From assembly GCF_001194135.2 (NCBI RefSeq), contig NC_068982.1:31196734-31259563 (forward strand): 62,830 nucleotides of DNA, written 5' to 3'. This document shows, in pieces, positions 49,481 to 62,380 of this stretch (the first letter of the stretch is position 1; each line of letters begins with the position of its first letter). A program made the position numbers and the translations under genes. This DNA is from Octopus bimaculoides. Taxonomy: Eukaryota. The notes beneath the pieces are model-generated. The model saw only the letters and a list, made by a program, of their open reading frames with translations. It was not told where the DNA came from and did no database searches.

Positions 49481-51188
49481 AACAAACAACCATAATACTC
49501 ACGTAGCAGATTCTTTCAGCATGCCATCAACTTACTGAGAGTTTCTGCTTTCTGCTCCATTATTTCCTTTATTGCCTAATCAGTCTTTCCAACATTAATA
49601 ATACATGTCGACAGATATCTCTTTGAATCTGCTTAGAATAGGCATTCAACATTTCTCACATAACCTTCAATATCATCCAGTGGGGTAACAAAGGCAAATT
49701 AATCTTCCAAAACTCACGCTAAATTTCACTATGTCGTCTGTGAATGCCATATAGAGGATAATATTTAATTGGAACCATTGCAGTATAAGGATTTCTCGAT
49801 TTCAATAGTTTTCTCTATCCTACAAAAGTATACTTTGGACAGCCAGATAAAATTATAGTTTGAAATAAAATGAAATCTATTATGAAATTAAAAATGTTAG
49901 CCTATCGGTAAAATATGTAATATATCAGTTCATAATGACTTCGGTAGTATTTTAACTCGTAACCTTCGTGTTTATATTACAGCATCTCAGCACCTGAATA
50001 AACCTTTCTGCTAGCATGCACAAGCAAACTGGAACGATAATAATCTGGTAAAACGATATAAACATTCCGTAACATTAACTAAATTATGATTAGGATTTAT
50101 TTTACATATACCATTAAATATAGCCAAATATATATGAATAGACCTAGAACTTAGTTTTGGTTAAACGATTTATAAATAAGCGTACAATTTGCTTCTAACT
50201 AGGTACTAAGTTAGCATAAAATATGTGATTGTAAGAAAATAAATTTTATTTTTAATTGTATTATTCAGGTGACAAAGAAAAATTATACAAGACAAGAAAA
50301 ATAAGAACATGACAGATAGGTTTGTTTATTCTTAATATGAATCACAATGTTTCATTAGATCTATTTCATTTGTTTATTAAAAGTCTTCTGATATTAATCA
50401 CCTAATACTAGAATAAATTGTAAACTAAAGTAAATCTCAACAATTTAAATATTGTAAAGTATGCCTGTACCTTTCATGTGATATTACTTTGATATCACTT
50501 TAAATAATTCAACAATTAATGTGAAATATTAAATTATTACATAATTGATTTATTTTCAATTCTGAAAAATCATTCTATTAATTAGATTATGACTAATTTT
50601 TGATGTTGAATGTTTATTCATTGAAATTTATTAAGATATAATTCTTAAAGATTGAAACAAATGTTAAAGATTCTAAACATTCAAGCGTTTTTAACATATT
50701 GCAAATTACAGCGATATTTTAGTTAAATTGAAATGAATAAAAATTGCAGCAGTAGTTTGTTTAATAATAATTGTCAAACATTTACTAGTGAGCAGATATT
50801 TACATAATACATAAAACAGCATTTCAATCACACAAAAAGGTATTGGCTTCATACATAAATCTATGGTAGATTCTGCCAAACATTTGGACATTTATAAATG
50901 CCCTTTAGAGAATTATAGTTATATATAAAGAACTCATGAGGACCATTGGATAGAAATAGAATGAATAATTTAATAATATAATATATACACGAATGCTTGA
51001 ATTATGAAAATACTACTATTGCTTCAATTACAATTTTCGAAATTTTCCCTGTCCGTACCAAACAATAAATACTGCCCTAAATCAAAGGCCTAGACATTGA
51101 ACTTTTGCTAGCTGGGAAGAAATGCCAAAATTCCTAGCTGCCAAGAAATACCAAAAGTCAATTATCTTTATTGTGTTTGTGTGTGTGT

Positions 51189-51225
<37 letters not shown>

Positions 51226-51239
51226 CGTGTGTGCACATC

Positions 51240-51410
51240 TATTCTCTCTCTCTCTCTTTATTTTCTCTCATCCCTTGCTGTTGAAGAGCGTAGGCTCGAA
51301 ATGGTAAAAGACTTCTTTATTTTCCCGAGCGTCAAACTAATACATCTGCTTATTGTTCATACACGACTTCGTCTTCTGTTTTTCTATAAATTTCAACTAT
51401 ATATATATAT
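51240..51410 (+). mobile_element. Short non-coding repeat with hammerhead-like motif (copy 2, best preserved)
   Basis: CTTG-CTGTTGA-A-GAGC-GTAG-GCTC-GAAA-TG-GTA-AAAGAC..CCCGAGCGTCAAACTAATACATCTGC; ends in (TA)n/(TG)n. Confidence 0.85.
51274..51310 (+). ncRNA. Minimal type I hammerhead-ribozyme-like motif with non-canonical core; activity unproven
   Basis: Core CTGTTGA at 51278-51284, perfect 4-bp helix II GAGC/GCTC, GAAA at 51298-51301, NUH triplet GTA at 51304-51306, short helix I CTT/AAG. Confidence 0.5.
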
Positions 51411-51418
51411 ATGTGTGT

Positions 51419-51452
<34 letters not shown>

Positions 51453-51924
51453 CTGTCTGTCTGTCTGTGTGTGTGTCTGTGTATGTGTGTGTATGTCTGT
51501 GTGTGTGTGTGTGTATGTGTGTGTGTAATAAGTGAAGTTTCGTCACACTTGAAAGTAATTGGAGTAAATATTTGAGATTTTTTATCAATGAAGTGGAAAA
51601 TATTTAGTTTTTATTGAAAGATGAAACCGGTTTCAATTGTTCAAACCATTTAATCCTTTAAAAGAAAAAGGTGAAAAGGGATGGATTTAAAACATTTCAG
51701 ATCTGCTATCATAAAAGATTAATTCTGTCGAATGGAACGTTGAAATGTGAAATATCAGAAAGAAAGTGAAACGGGAAGAAAACGGACTAAAGAAATTGTA
51801 ATTGTTTGATATATGATTCTGAAACTTACTTTTCACTTTTCATATCTGTGGACAGATTTCTGTCACTGAGAAAAACTTCAACTTCAGCAATCTTGCTTCG
51901 TTTATAAACTATTCTATCATGACC

Positions 51925-52022
51925 ACAACCACCTTCGCCGCCGCCCTTACCGCCACCACCGGAAAAGCTGCTACCGCTGCCACCGTGGCCATTGCCACTA
52001 CCACCCCCATCACCACCGCTAT
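51925..52022. repeat. Degenerate (CCA/CCG)n GC-rich trinucleotide tract
   Basis: Directly visible. Confidence 0.85.
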
Positions 52023-54438
52023 CTGAGTTAACAGAAATTACATCAGTGCAATACAAACTCATGAAATTAGTTTGAATACATTCCCTTCTAAGTTGAGTTT
52101 CATATTTTCTTTCTGCTTTATATATAGAATTTAGTATACCCTTTTCCCTAAATTAGTATAGCAGCGGAAATATTTATAATGAGTAATATTTGACTACTTC
52201 AATCATAATTCCGATAGCATAAAGACATATCAATTGCATATATAAAAAGGAAAACGCCCGCTCAAATCCACATGTAACTAAAATCTTCAAAGACACTAAA
52301 ATGTCTGAGCCTTACAATTGCTAATAATCTTTGCTAGCGATTCCTCTTCCGAACTTTGAAAATACTGTAACCCAAAATCTGGTTACCCGAAAAGTGGTTA
52401 GCTCTCCTCGAGAAATAAGTGGATGATCACTCCCATATCCTAAAAGAGACTTCTAGACTAATTAACATGAAATAGCTGGCTGATCTTGCACTAACTTTAC
52501 CCACATCTAACTTAATCTCATTTCCTCATTTTCTCATTACCCACATTGTGCCACACGTTCATTAGACTTCGCATTTATAACTCAAAAAGTAAACCTTCTG
52601 GTATTTTTCGTCTACCCATGGCTTTCATAAAGATCTTCAAGAGGAACATGAACTACTTCAATCCCAACGTTTTCACAGAGGTAGTGAAATTCATATCCAA
52701 AGACATTACCTCATGTAAACTGGAGTCAATTTACTTTTAATGCTACTTGGACAAATCCTATACACAAGTATCGACCTTGTAAATTTATAAGGCTTGTCGT
52801 GTACAAACTAAATAAACAGCTACATGTAGTAACATGAGCAACTACACTAAATGGCAGTAAAGACAATTATAGACTGCATAAAAAGAAGACAAGATGGCCG
52901 CTATCAGCAGGCTTTTGATTAGAAGACAACTTAAGACGAGCTTTTTATTGGAAGACAACTCAAGACCGTATAAAAACAATTCCATCATCTATGATATTAA
53001 CTATTACAGCAACGATATGAGTTAAACACATTTCTGCAGCATCATTACCAATGATTTTGATTTCAAGATTTTACAGAGGCCAGCAATTTCAATGAGAGCA
53101 GGGGAAAGCCGTTCACATCGCCCGAACTATTGGGTTGATAATTATTTTATCGACTCCGTAAAGGAGCAACTTCGACTGCTGCGGTAATATTATTGACAGT
53201 AACATTAATAGTCGTATAAAGCCATGAATTGACTGAAACATTGGATCATCGAAAAAAATATTTGCTCTATTAAATTCTCTTTATGTCTAGCCATCTAATT
53301 CTTCAAGGATTGATAAAATAAAATACCAGCCAAGTAACGTAGATACTATCCTTTATATCCCCACCACAATTAACTGAATCATTTCTATGCTAGCTAACAA
53401 TATTTATTTTTCTGTATGCCTAAATTCAGAGATGACAACTGGTAGGTGAGGCATTCAGATATATCCAAGGAGTTTAAGATTAAAAAAAAAAATAACAGTT
53501 GAATTCCCGTTGGGAATTGAAACCATCTTATACACTTAATAAACTAAGTATTTATTAAGCCACTACATCATTCATTACTGCTGTTGTAGCACTGTGATAT
53601 TCACACAACGCAAAGTAATACAAATAAAAGTAACATTAAATATATGCAAACACACACACATACACATACATGTTTGTATGTATGTTTAACATCTACGACA
53701 GTTTTAAGATAGCAACAACCGGAATCTCTATGAAACCAATCCATTTGTTTGAAAAGCAGGGAATGCTGGTTAACGTTAAAGATGCTTTCGTGTAAAAGAG
53801 AAGTTGCATGCTTGCATCCTAACTAAACCAGTATCAGTGACAATATTTGATTAACAAAAGGGGGATTGCCTTTGAAAGAGGGAGGCTTTAATCAGTGTCT
53901 TATAGAAGATCAAGAGAATGCTTACAAGTTACTTGATACTATTCAAACTACCAAGAAGAATTCTGAATGGCTTCTGTAATTTTATTTTCTTCCTAGTTGC
54001 TTTCATTTAATTAAAGGATGAAATTCTTGATGACTTATAGATCGAAATGAAAGACAACAAATTAACAAATGAATACGCTACTGAAATTTAGGTGCAAGTA
54101 TTTTGGTAATACATTTAAAAATCATAAAATTATGCATACACAGTCGTGTGCGCAAGCACATTCAAACATATGTAAGCACACAGTATTCTAAAATGTTATC
54201 TTGCAGAAAGATACAAAAAGAGGCGACGAAATAACAGTCAAAGTTCCTCTCAACTACATAATCACCACTAGGCGAATTAGCAAATTATTTATCATCAGGA
54301 ATAGAAATGGAAAGTATAAGAAGTGAAGAAAACTTCAACGAGGCTATGACGAATATAAAAAGATTAAGACAAGTATAATATTAGAATAAAAATTGCAAGT
54401 TTCATTTTGCTTTCATATGCAGTATTATTGTGATTACA

Positions 54439-55385
54439 AGAGCAGCGATTTGGCAGAATCGTAAGGGTATCGGAAAATGTTTTGTAGTATTCGTTCCAGC
54501 TTTTTAAATTCTCATTTCAAAATTCGTCAAAATCAACTTTGCTTTCATCCTTTCGGGGTCGATAATATAAAGTGCCAGTGTCAGAATCAGTTATTATTAT
54601 CGTTAGGGTGGTACAATTGCATAACCATTACAAAACATCAGAAAACTCTTTCTGGCATTTCTTCCGGAGCTTTGTACAGATGTCAAGTCTGCCTTTCTTC
54701 TCCCTGAGTTCCATAAAATACGGTACGACTCAAGTAGTGGAGTCGATGTATTTGATTATTGCTCTATTAAACGAAATTAGTGGCTTTGCATCTAAATTAG
54801 ATGTATATATTATTAGGTTCATGGATTCACAGAATCATTAGACTGTCAGGAAAATGTTTTGCAGTATCTGTTCCTGTTTAGGCTCTGAGTTCGATTTAAC
54901 CGTGAAATCAAACTTCAGCTTATATCCTCCCATTGCAGATGAAGTAATATGCCATTGAAATCCCGAAGTCAGTGTACCAGAAGGAATGACTTTAAGTGTT
55001 GTTGCTAGAAGCTCGTCATTGAATTTTTTCAAAGTAGGACACAGAGTACCAATTAAATGCCGTCTTAAAGTCTTTGAAGATAATGTTAGCTCTGTTTGAA
55101 GTTGGAGGTATTTCACCCATAAGACATGGAGGTTGACATCTGCGCAATAATATTTCTATTTTTACAGGGCCCTCTCTGGAATTTGTTGGGATCGTGCCTA
55201 CATTAGAAATAATGTAAGGTTGGTGGAATTTAGGAATTGTTAGCGCTTAAGAAAATGTCTGGCAGCATTTGTTTCTACTTATGTTCTGAATTAGAAATCT
55301 CCGAGATCAAACATGCTTTTTGTCCTGTTGGAATCGATAAAATGAAATACTAGTCAAGTGCTGAGTTTGTTATAATTAACTGAAT
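54439..55385 (+). mobile_element. Cluster of four co-oriented decayed SINE family A copies (about 54439-54600, 54604-54760, 54800-54930, 55215-55385)
   Basis: Each carries recognisable pieces, for example TTGGCAGAATCG, CTTTCATCCTTTCGGGGTCGATAA, CTCTGAGTTCGATTT and GAATCGATAAAAT. Confidence 0.65.
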
Positions 55386-55659
55386 TCATCTCTACGATAT
55401 CGATGCCCCTGCATCTAAATTACAATCAATTATTATCACTATAAACATAAAAATAATCCTTATATGTGTCACATATGCATCAAGTAAATGCTTTATGGTT
55501 CTAATAAAATAAAATGCACATACGCTCATAGACATAGGAATACACATTCTCACACATATATGCGCACACATATATGTATGAAGGGGCTGGTGTGGAAGAG
55601 GTAGCCCTGGGGAAAAGTTAGAGTGATATGGAACTATTCTGATATGGGTACTTACTGAC

Positions 55660-56450
55660 TACCTTGATGTAAAGTTTTGAATATGTCATGTCGAAAAATT
55701 CGAAGTGACTCTCGCGTCATATAAATCCTTCCTTACTGTAGCCAGTAAGGCACCATAAGAGACTCTATTAAACATCGTTTCAAGGTCTGTGAAGATAGCT
55801 CTTTTTCGTGATGGAAGTAGTTTTTTCACCGAAGGGCACGGATTTTGAAGTTCTTCGAAGTAATACTCCTAATTTTAAAAAGTCAGCTTCTTTGATATCT
55901 ATCATGTGTTTTAATTGATGGAATGACTCCAGGATGTCACAAGTCTACAAGTGTTTTTTGTAGAGAGTCGTAAGGATGTCTATTGTGATTCCTCCTGCCT
56001 TCTTCAGCGGCTCAGCACGGGTATTGTTAATTTCAGTTGATTTTCCCTCGTTTAAGAACGTTATTGCTGCTTTATCTCCACCTTGAGTAGATTCCAATAC
56101 ACATGGATCTCCATTGTTCTAATAGTTGTATAGTTCTACGTGGTACTCTCATCACTTTCCTATTAATTTTTTCTATATATTTTTCCATGTTTGTTTATGC
56201 TGGTGTGTGCTACGTGATACTTTTCCTTTAATGAGGTTTTCAATGCGATGGAATGACTTTTTGTGTTGTTAAGAGAAAGGTTACCTTTAACATATTATAT
56301 AGTTCAGTTATCATTGCTTTACCTTTAACATATTTCATTGTTCAGTTGTCTTTGTTTTACCTTATTTCCTTCTTAGTTTTCTTCATCGTCTCATAGTTTG
56401 TTCTTCACTCTGTTGTGTTTTGATTCTTCTGTAGTTTCTTGAGTTTATAT
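55660..56450 (-). mobile_element. RTE-clade LINE RT N-terminal region, decayed
   Basis: AAITFLNEGKSTEINNTRAEPLKKAGGITIDILT and IFTDLETMFNRVSYGALLATVRK correspond to the RTE motifs LKxGKSxGxDNIPAELxxAGG and FIDFKKAFDRVWHxALWATMR. Confidence 0.78.
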
Positions 56451-56580
56451 CATTATTATTGAGTATTGTCAAATGTTTCAGAGTAATTCAAGAGTTGCGT
56501 GTTTTGTCAGAAATTCATCCATTCATATTAAACTATATTGAGTACGAAATAAATGGACAGATGAAATCTTAAATATCACA

Positions 56581-56624
<44 letters not shown>

Positions 56625-56628
<4 letters not shown>

Positions 56629-56826
56629 GAATTTACAAAAAAGAAAAAAGAAAGGCGAAGATGGGTGTGTAAACAACAAGCAGATGTATTAGTTTAACGC
56701 TCGGGAAGTGAGAAAGTCTTTCGAGCCTACACTCTTCGACAGAAAGAAACACAGAAATAAACAGAGAGAGAGAGAAAATAGAAAAAATCGAGAGAGAAAA
56801 TAGAAAAAGGTATAGTGGCTAGAGAT
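56625..56826 (-). mobile_element. Short non-coding repeat with hammerhead-like motif (copy 3)
   Basis: Minus strand CTTT-CTGTCGA-A-GAGT-GTAG-GCTC-GAAA-GAC (56746-56716), with the cleavage triplet apparently deleted; runs into (TA)n at 56584-56624. Confidence 0.85.
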
Positions 56827-57171
56827 CTTGTGCTCTTGTGCAACTGAAACTCGAGTGTCTTTGTGGTCAGCTGAAAGCAGTTTTGGCACGAACTTGGCAG
56901 ACACGCGTCTCATACTCAAATCTGCACGTCCTCTGATACACACGGATGGTGATTCGACGATTTCCCATTACAGCTGCACGCACATCTGCAATGTTTGTGC
57001 TGGTTGCCGGTCTCCGAAAACGTTCGTTACTATCGACAATTTTTCGGCCATCACGGAAACGTCTGAACCACTCGTACACTTGTGTGCGGCACATACACTC
57101 CTCTCCATACACTTTCTGCAAATTTGCGTAGTCCTTTGACCAGGTATCAACATTACAACTTTCTCTGTCAT
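56827..57171 (-). pseudogene. mariner transposase N-terminal DNA-binding region, frameshifted
   Basis: MTEKV..LQKVYGEECMCRTQVYEWFRRFRDGR..RRPATS..NRRITIR / LSMRRVSAKFVPKLLSADHK. Confidence 0.88.
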
Positions 57172-60100
57172 GGCGGTGCAGATGTGTCGCAATGTATCTT
57201 CTCCTTTTGTAGAAAAAACATCAGCAAAGTGAAGGAAATATCTTCAGTTATATGGAAAATCGAATATAAAATCATAGATACAACAAGAAATGAACACGCA
57301 ATATAGCGAGTAATTAATTAAAAATAACCGTTAACAGATATGGGTGTATAAACGCCCTCGCGCAAGCGGCATGGCGCGTGTACACTCGCTTATACAAACA
57401 TCCATATATATGTATTTGTGTATGTTCATTTGTGCACGTGTGTGTCTGTCTGTGTATATATATTATGTGTGTGCATGCATTATGTAGATTCATACATATA
57501 TACACAGACACAGCTGTAAAATATGCTAAATTTCGCGCGAGGTAAGGAATGAAAAAGAACAAAGGAGGAGGGGATTGAAGAGAGAGAGAATAGGGTGATA
57601 GAAGGACAGTAAGTGAAATCGAGTGAACATCTTGCACTCATCATGACCTTCAGAATTGCTTTGGGATGAATATACAAAGACATGATGTGTGGTGTGGCTT
57701 TATGTGGTGTGACCATTGTTCTCCTGTAGTCGCAAAGGAAAGCTTCGCCTTTTCAATCCAATAACAGAAAAACTTACTGGTTATTCATCTAACATTTTTA
57801 TATCTATACCACGTGAATGCGTAACGAAAGTGATCTGCAAGTTATTTAAGCCTATACGTGTTTCTTTGTTTGCGAGTTTGTGTGTATATATTTGTGAGTA
57901 TAAACTGTATATACGGCCATGTATGTATGTCTGCATAAACGTATCTGTGATGCATATTCATATCAGTATGAATGTACGTTTGTACATTTAAAAGGGAACA
58001 TGTATGTAGTTGTATATATGAATGTCTGTACATTCATATATACAACTACTTACATGTTCAGCATCTGGAAGCAACACGTATATAATATTCGTTCATATTC
58101 CTTTCAGTTCATTCCAAATTAATAATATTCTATACATCTTAATTGACAGAATTATATCTGTTTCTTTGTGCGTGCGTAAAGGTATATTTTTCTGGTCATA
58201 GATTTTCTTCCCTTCTAGTTTTGTCTTTTTATAGATAAGGTTGCTCTCTGTTGTTTCCTTTACTTACAGCTTCTCCGTTTTTCTTCCCTCTTGTAGATCC
58301 TCTCACCTTCATTCTTTTTGATTCTGAAGAATTACGAAGGCGGCTTATAGCTTATACTCATGAAACACGATAGCTGAATAAGTGCTAGCGTACTTATTGT
58401 AGTGAGCAAAGACCATTTGAGTTCATTGAAATAATTTTATACTGATTAGATGGAAACCTAGGTTCAATAATGTTAAACAAATTTGACCATTATTTTAATT
58501 AGTCGGGATGACCCCTGTGGGTAATTTCTCTCAACCCTTATAATGAGGTGTCATTCTAACTTATGTACATTTCTTGTAGAACTATCTGTATAATAATCTG
58601 CTTGTTCGTTCTCCCGTTTTACTTTAGTTAGATAGAGAGGTGGAAATGGAATGTGTGAGATGTGGGGTAAAAGTGAGAGAGAGAAGGAGAATTGTGAGTA
58701 TAGAAGAAAGAAAAGAAGCGTATAATAATACATTAAGGCCAAATGCACTACGTAGTTAGTTGAAGGGGGAAGCTAAGAGCGATAGAAAAAGAGGGTGAAA
58801 CAAAAGTGGGAGAGAGAAGTATTAATGATCCGCTGTAGGTTGGGCACGGACAGGTGAAGAGAAAGAAGGAAATGTTGAAAACAGGAAGAGGGGAATTACA
58901 TAGCTAAAAAATTTGTTGAAGAGGCAGAGAGGAAAAGAGAAATATAAAATGCTCAGCAGAGGGACATTTGAAAATCATATAATATATTATTGTGACTGGA
59001 AGTGAAATAACTTGTCAAAATAAAAATAAAAATCATTTCTTTCTTAAATAACTTCTCTTAATCTTTTTCGTTCAGTGGAATTTCCACAGGTCCCACTAGT
59101 ATAATATTATACTGATTGGATAAATACTGATAAAGGCTTTGCTTCACTGAACAAATCTAATAAAGCCTACCTAAACAGATTGCTGCTGCAATCACATACC
59201 AGGATCACATACCATTGATATCACGAAAATCACATACCATTGATATAAGTCATCCGGGTAATATGTTTTTTATGTCTTCATTATGATTGTTATTTTCATT
59301 AAAATTTCTAATCTATCGCCCATTTCCCTTCATCACATACAATTAACCTCTCATAATACAGTTTTCACTGGATCAACTCACAGTACAGCTAGCTTTTATT
59401 TCCTTTCTCATTTCTTTTTCGTTAACCCTAGTAACAAAACATTTTAATGTTTGGCCATTCTTACACGTAAAGACCAAAAATCGTAGACTTTGCACACATT
59501 ATGGTAATTTCACCGACATAAATTTCTGCTGATCATTGATCATTTTTCCCAATGTTTCTTTCCGTAGCTCCAATGGGACCTTGCATGTCATGGGTGTTGA
59601 AGTTCCGCAAGTGTTTCTTGCCATGCCCGAAACATTAAGTTTCCATTGAAGCAAAAGAAAGAAACATTGGAAAATTAGAAATAAGTGAAGCTATTTAATT
59701 AACCTGTACAGTCTGCGAGTTAATTACAGATATGAATTGCACGCAGATTATTGGATACAATAGCAACGTAGAACAACTCTTCATACACATATAGCACAGA
59801 GCAAAGACATTAGTTAGCAACTCCCTTTCTCCGTAAATTTCTTGAAGAAGGATCCTAACCCTGAAATATTGATATAGCAAGTAATAGTAACACTCAACCA
59901 GTATTATTAATTTTTTATAACTTGCACTATTTTGGTTTTTATAAAAAATATCTAAAACAAAAATACACACACACGCACGCACATACACACATACGTGCAT
60001 ATATATAGGTAGATAGATGATTTTAATGATTTTTTTTCCGTTGTATGTGAGCATCACTTAACTAATCTAATTAAGTTGCTATTAACGCTTGTGATATATT

Positions 60101-61109
60101 AAGAATGATGTGCACATATGATAGCTTCCAAATTCTATATTTCTTGTATCACACATCATATTATTGATGCAGACCTTACACGAAGAAAATAAGTCTCTTT
60201 CCCCGATAGTCAACAAATTCTCTGTTGTTAATCACATTCGCTATAATTTATATGGTTATATAATATGAATCGACATTTCGTAGCATGTTTGCCGCTTCGG
60301 TTTATTATATCGATTTCTTAAATGCGCACTCCATGATAGTATATCATGAGCGTTCACAGCAAAATTAAATACATGCGTGGTTCCTAGTAGTATCACATGT
60401 AATTCAAAAGATAGAATACTAGTGCCAGGATTACAGGTATCTTATTTTGTATGATACAGTTTATGAACCGTAGCATCGTTTGTTAAACATTTCTGGCGGG
60501 TCGATCACTCATTCACTACACTTTTTATAGTAAGAGTTACAAGAGAATGCCTATGCATTTCTGATCACAGACACAAAATATCTTCCAAATGTCACATGTG
60601 GTTTTAATGATCAATGTATCAGTTCGTCTTCTCCATTGAGAGGTCCTGTAAACCGGTGAGATAATATCTTCGCTGTCTCCAGTTTTCTATCTGTCAAAAA
60701 TGTCCACAGAATGTTTGGTGAAATACAACATATACGTGCTTGGATTCGGAATCGAAGAATAGATTTTGTACTTCTGAGTCGTGCGACGTGTTTCTCAGTC
60801 CCAAAACAATGGCTTTCACGTTTACAGAATGTCCTTTGTACTCATTTGCATATCAGTCGGAATATCTCTAGCACAAAAGCACTTGAAATGTATCTACTAA
60901 CTTGCAAGAATTTCTATCGGTTGTTCTTTATTACAGCTGTGTGACACTAGGTTTTGTTATAGCTGTATCTACGTTGACAGTAGAAGCACAGACAACTGTT
61001 CTTTGTTATCAGTTACTTGGAAGTAACAATGAGGATGGTGATGATGATGATGACAGCAATAATAATGATAATAATACGTGGTGGTAGTAGTAACTGCATC
61101 AACAGAACA

Positions 61110-61415
61110 ACGGAAGAAGAAAGACGAGGAGGAGGAGGAGGAGGAGGAGTAGGAGGAGGCGGAGGAGGGGGAGGAGGAGGAATGGGAAGAAGAAAAAGAA
61201 GGAGGAAGAGGAAAAGAAGGAGGAGGAGGAGAATGAGGAGGAGAAGAAGAAGGGTGAGGGGAGGAGAAGAAGGGTGAGGGNNNNNNNNNNNNNNNNNNNN
61301 NNNNNNNNNNNNNNNNNNNNNNNNNNNNNNNNNNNNNNNNNNNNNNNNNNNAGAAGAAGGAGGAGGAGGAGGAGGAGGAGGAGGAGAAGGAGGAGTAGGA
61401 GGCGGAGGAGGAGGA
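61110..61415. repeat. Purine-rich (GGA)/(GAA)n tract spanning an N gap
   Basis: Directly visible. Confidence 0.92.
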
Positions 61416-61421
61416 ATGCTA

Positions 61422-61590
61422 TTGATTTAGGTAGAAGGACCGCAGTTTTGAATGGAGGGATTAGTCGATGGTATCGACCCAGGACAAGTGAAGAGCAAAG
61501 TTCGCCTCGCCGGAATTTGAACTCAGAGCGCACAAGTGAGAGAAAACGCTGCAAATCATTTTAACGACGCTTTGACACTTCTGGCAATCC
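61422..61590 (-). mobile_element. SINE family A, decayed
   Basis: GATTAGTCGAT..ATCGACCCAG..GCCGGAATTTGAACTCAGAGCG. Confidence 0.8.
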
Positions 61591-62157
61591 AAGTGCAAGA
61601 CCTTAAATATATCACAGCGCTAAGGCCGTACCATCGATCCTGGTACTTGTGTGGTACTGTAATCTATTAATCCACAAAATATAAAAAGCAAATTTGATTT
61701 CTATGTGATTTAAACTCAGAACGCTAAGAGTTCGTAAAACAACACAACGTACTTTGAACATTATAGACTATAACTTCAGTCTGATCGATTGGGTTGTGCA
61801 GTATTAACTTGTATAAAGGTTTCTTCACATATTGTAAGACAAAAGACTGGAATAAAAACATATTCAGAAATGAAATACATAAAAATTACATCACTTCACA
61901 TTAAATTACAATATAACATGCACAAAATATGTCAATAAAATTAGTTTGTCTTTACTATTAATGATTGTACATCGAAAAAGTATAATTAAATGCTTAGTAT
62001 GAATTCTTTTTGGCATTATCTGTAAATGACAACCGATCGGTATTGATTCTTTCCTTTGTGCTATTTCAAATTTATTGTTATTCTAATAAATGTCTGTTCG
62101 ATCATGAATTTATTGTTTGATTGCAATTTGAGACACTAACTTAGTAACTGATAGCAA

Positions 62158-62217
<60 letters not shown>

Positions 62218-62380
62218 GTCTGTCTGTCTGTCTCTCTGTCTGTCTGTCAATTTATCTATCCATCTAACTATCTATCTGTCTGTCTGCCTGCCTATTTGTC
62301 TGTTTGTCTATCAATTTATCTATCAGTCTATCAGTCTATCTTTCTAGCTATATCTGTAGCTATCTATATATCTATCTATA
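62158..62380. repeat. (TATC)n/(TGTC)n tetranucleotide compound repeat
   Basis: Directly visible. Confidence 0.93.

Noticed and set aside
51826-52062. Gly-rich ORF
   Set aside because: Antisense of a degenerate CCA/CCG repeat, with no splice or codon evidence.
52700-53000. Possible RTE post-RT remnant (IYKAC..); similar faint LINE-like traces at 18600-19050 and 38750-39100
   Set aside because: Too decayed to support as features without a profile search.
54838-55116. Protein-like 92-aa minus-strand ORF as a host exon
   Set aside because: Its C-terminal third is antisense SINE A, and a neighbouring frame reads IIFKDFKTAFN, like a decayed LINE RT (FxDFxKAFD).
60590-60870. Two overlapping stop-poor frames on the minus strand
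   Set aside because: No start, splice signals or recognisable motif; cannot be distinguished from chance or old TE debris without BLASTX.
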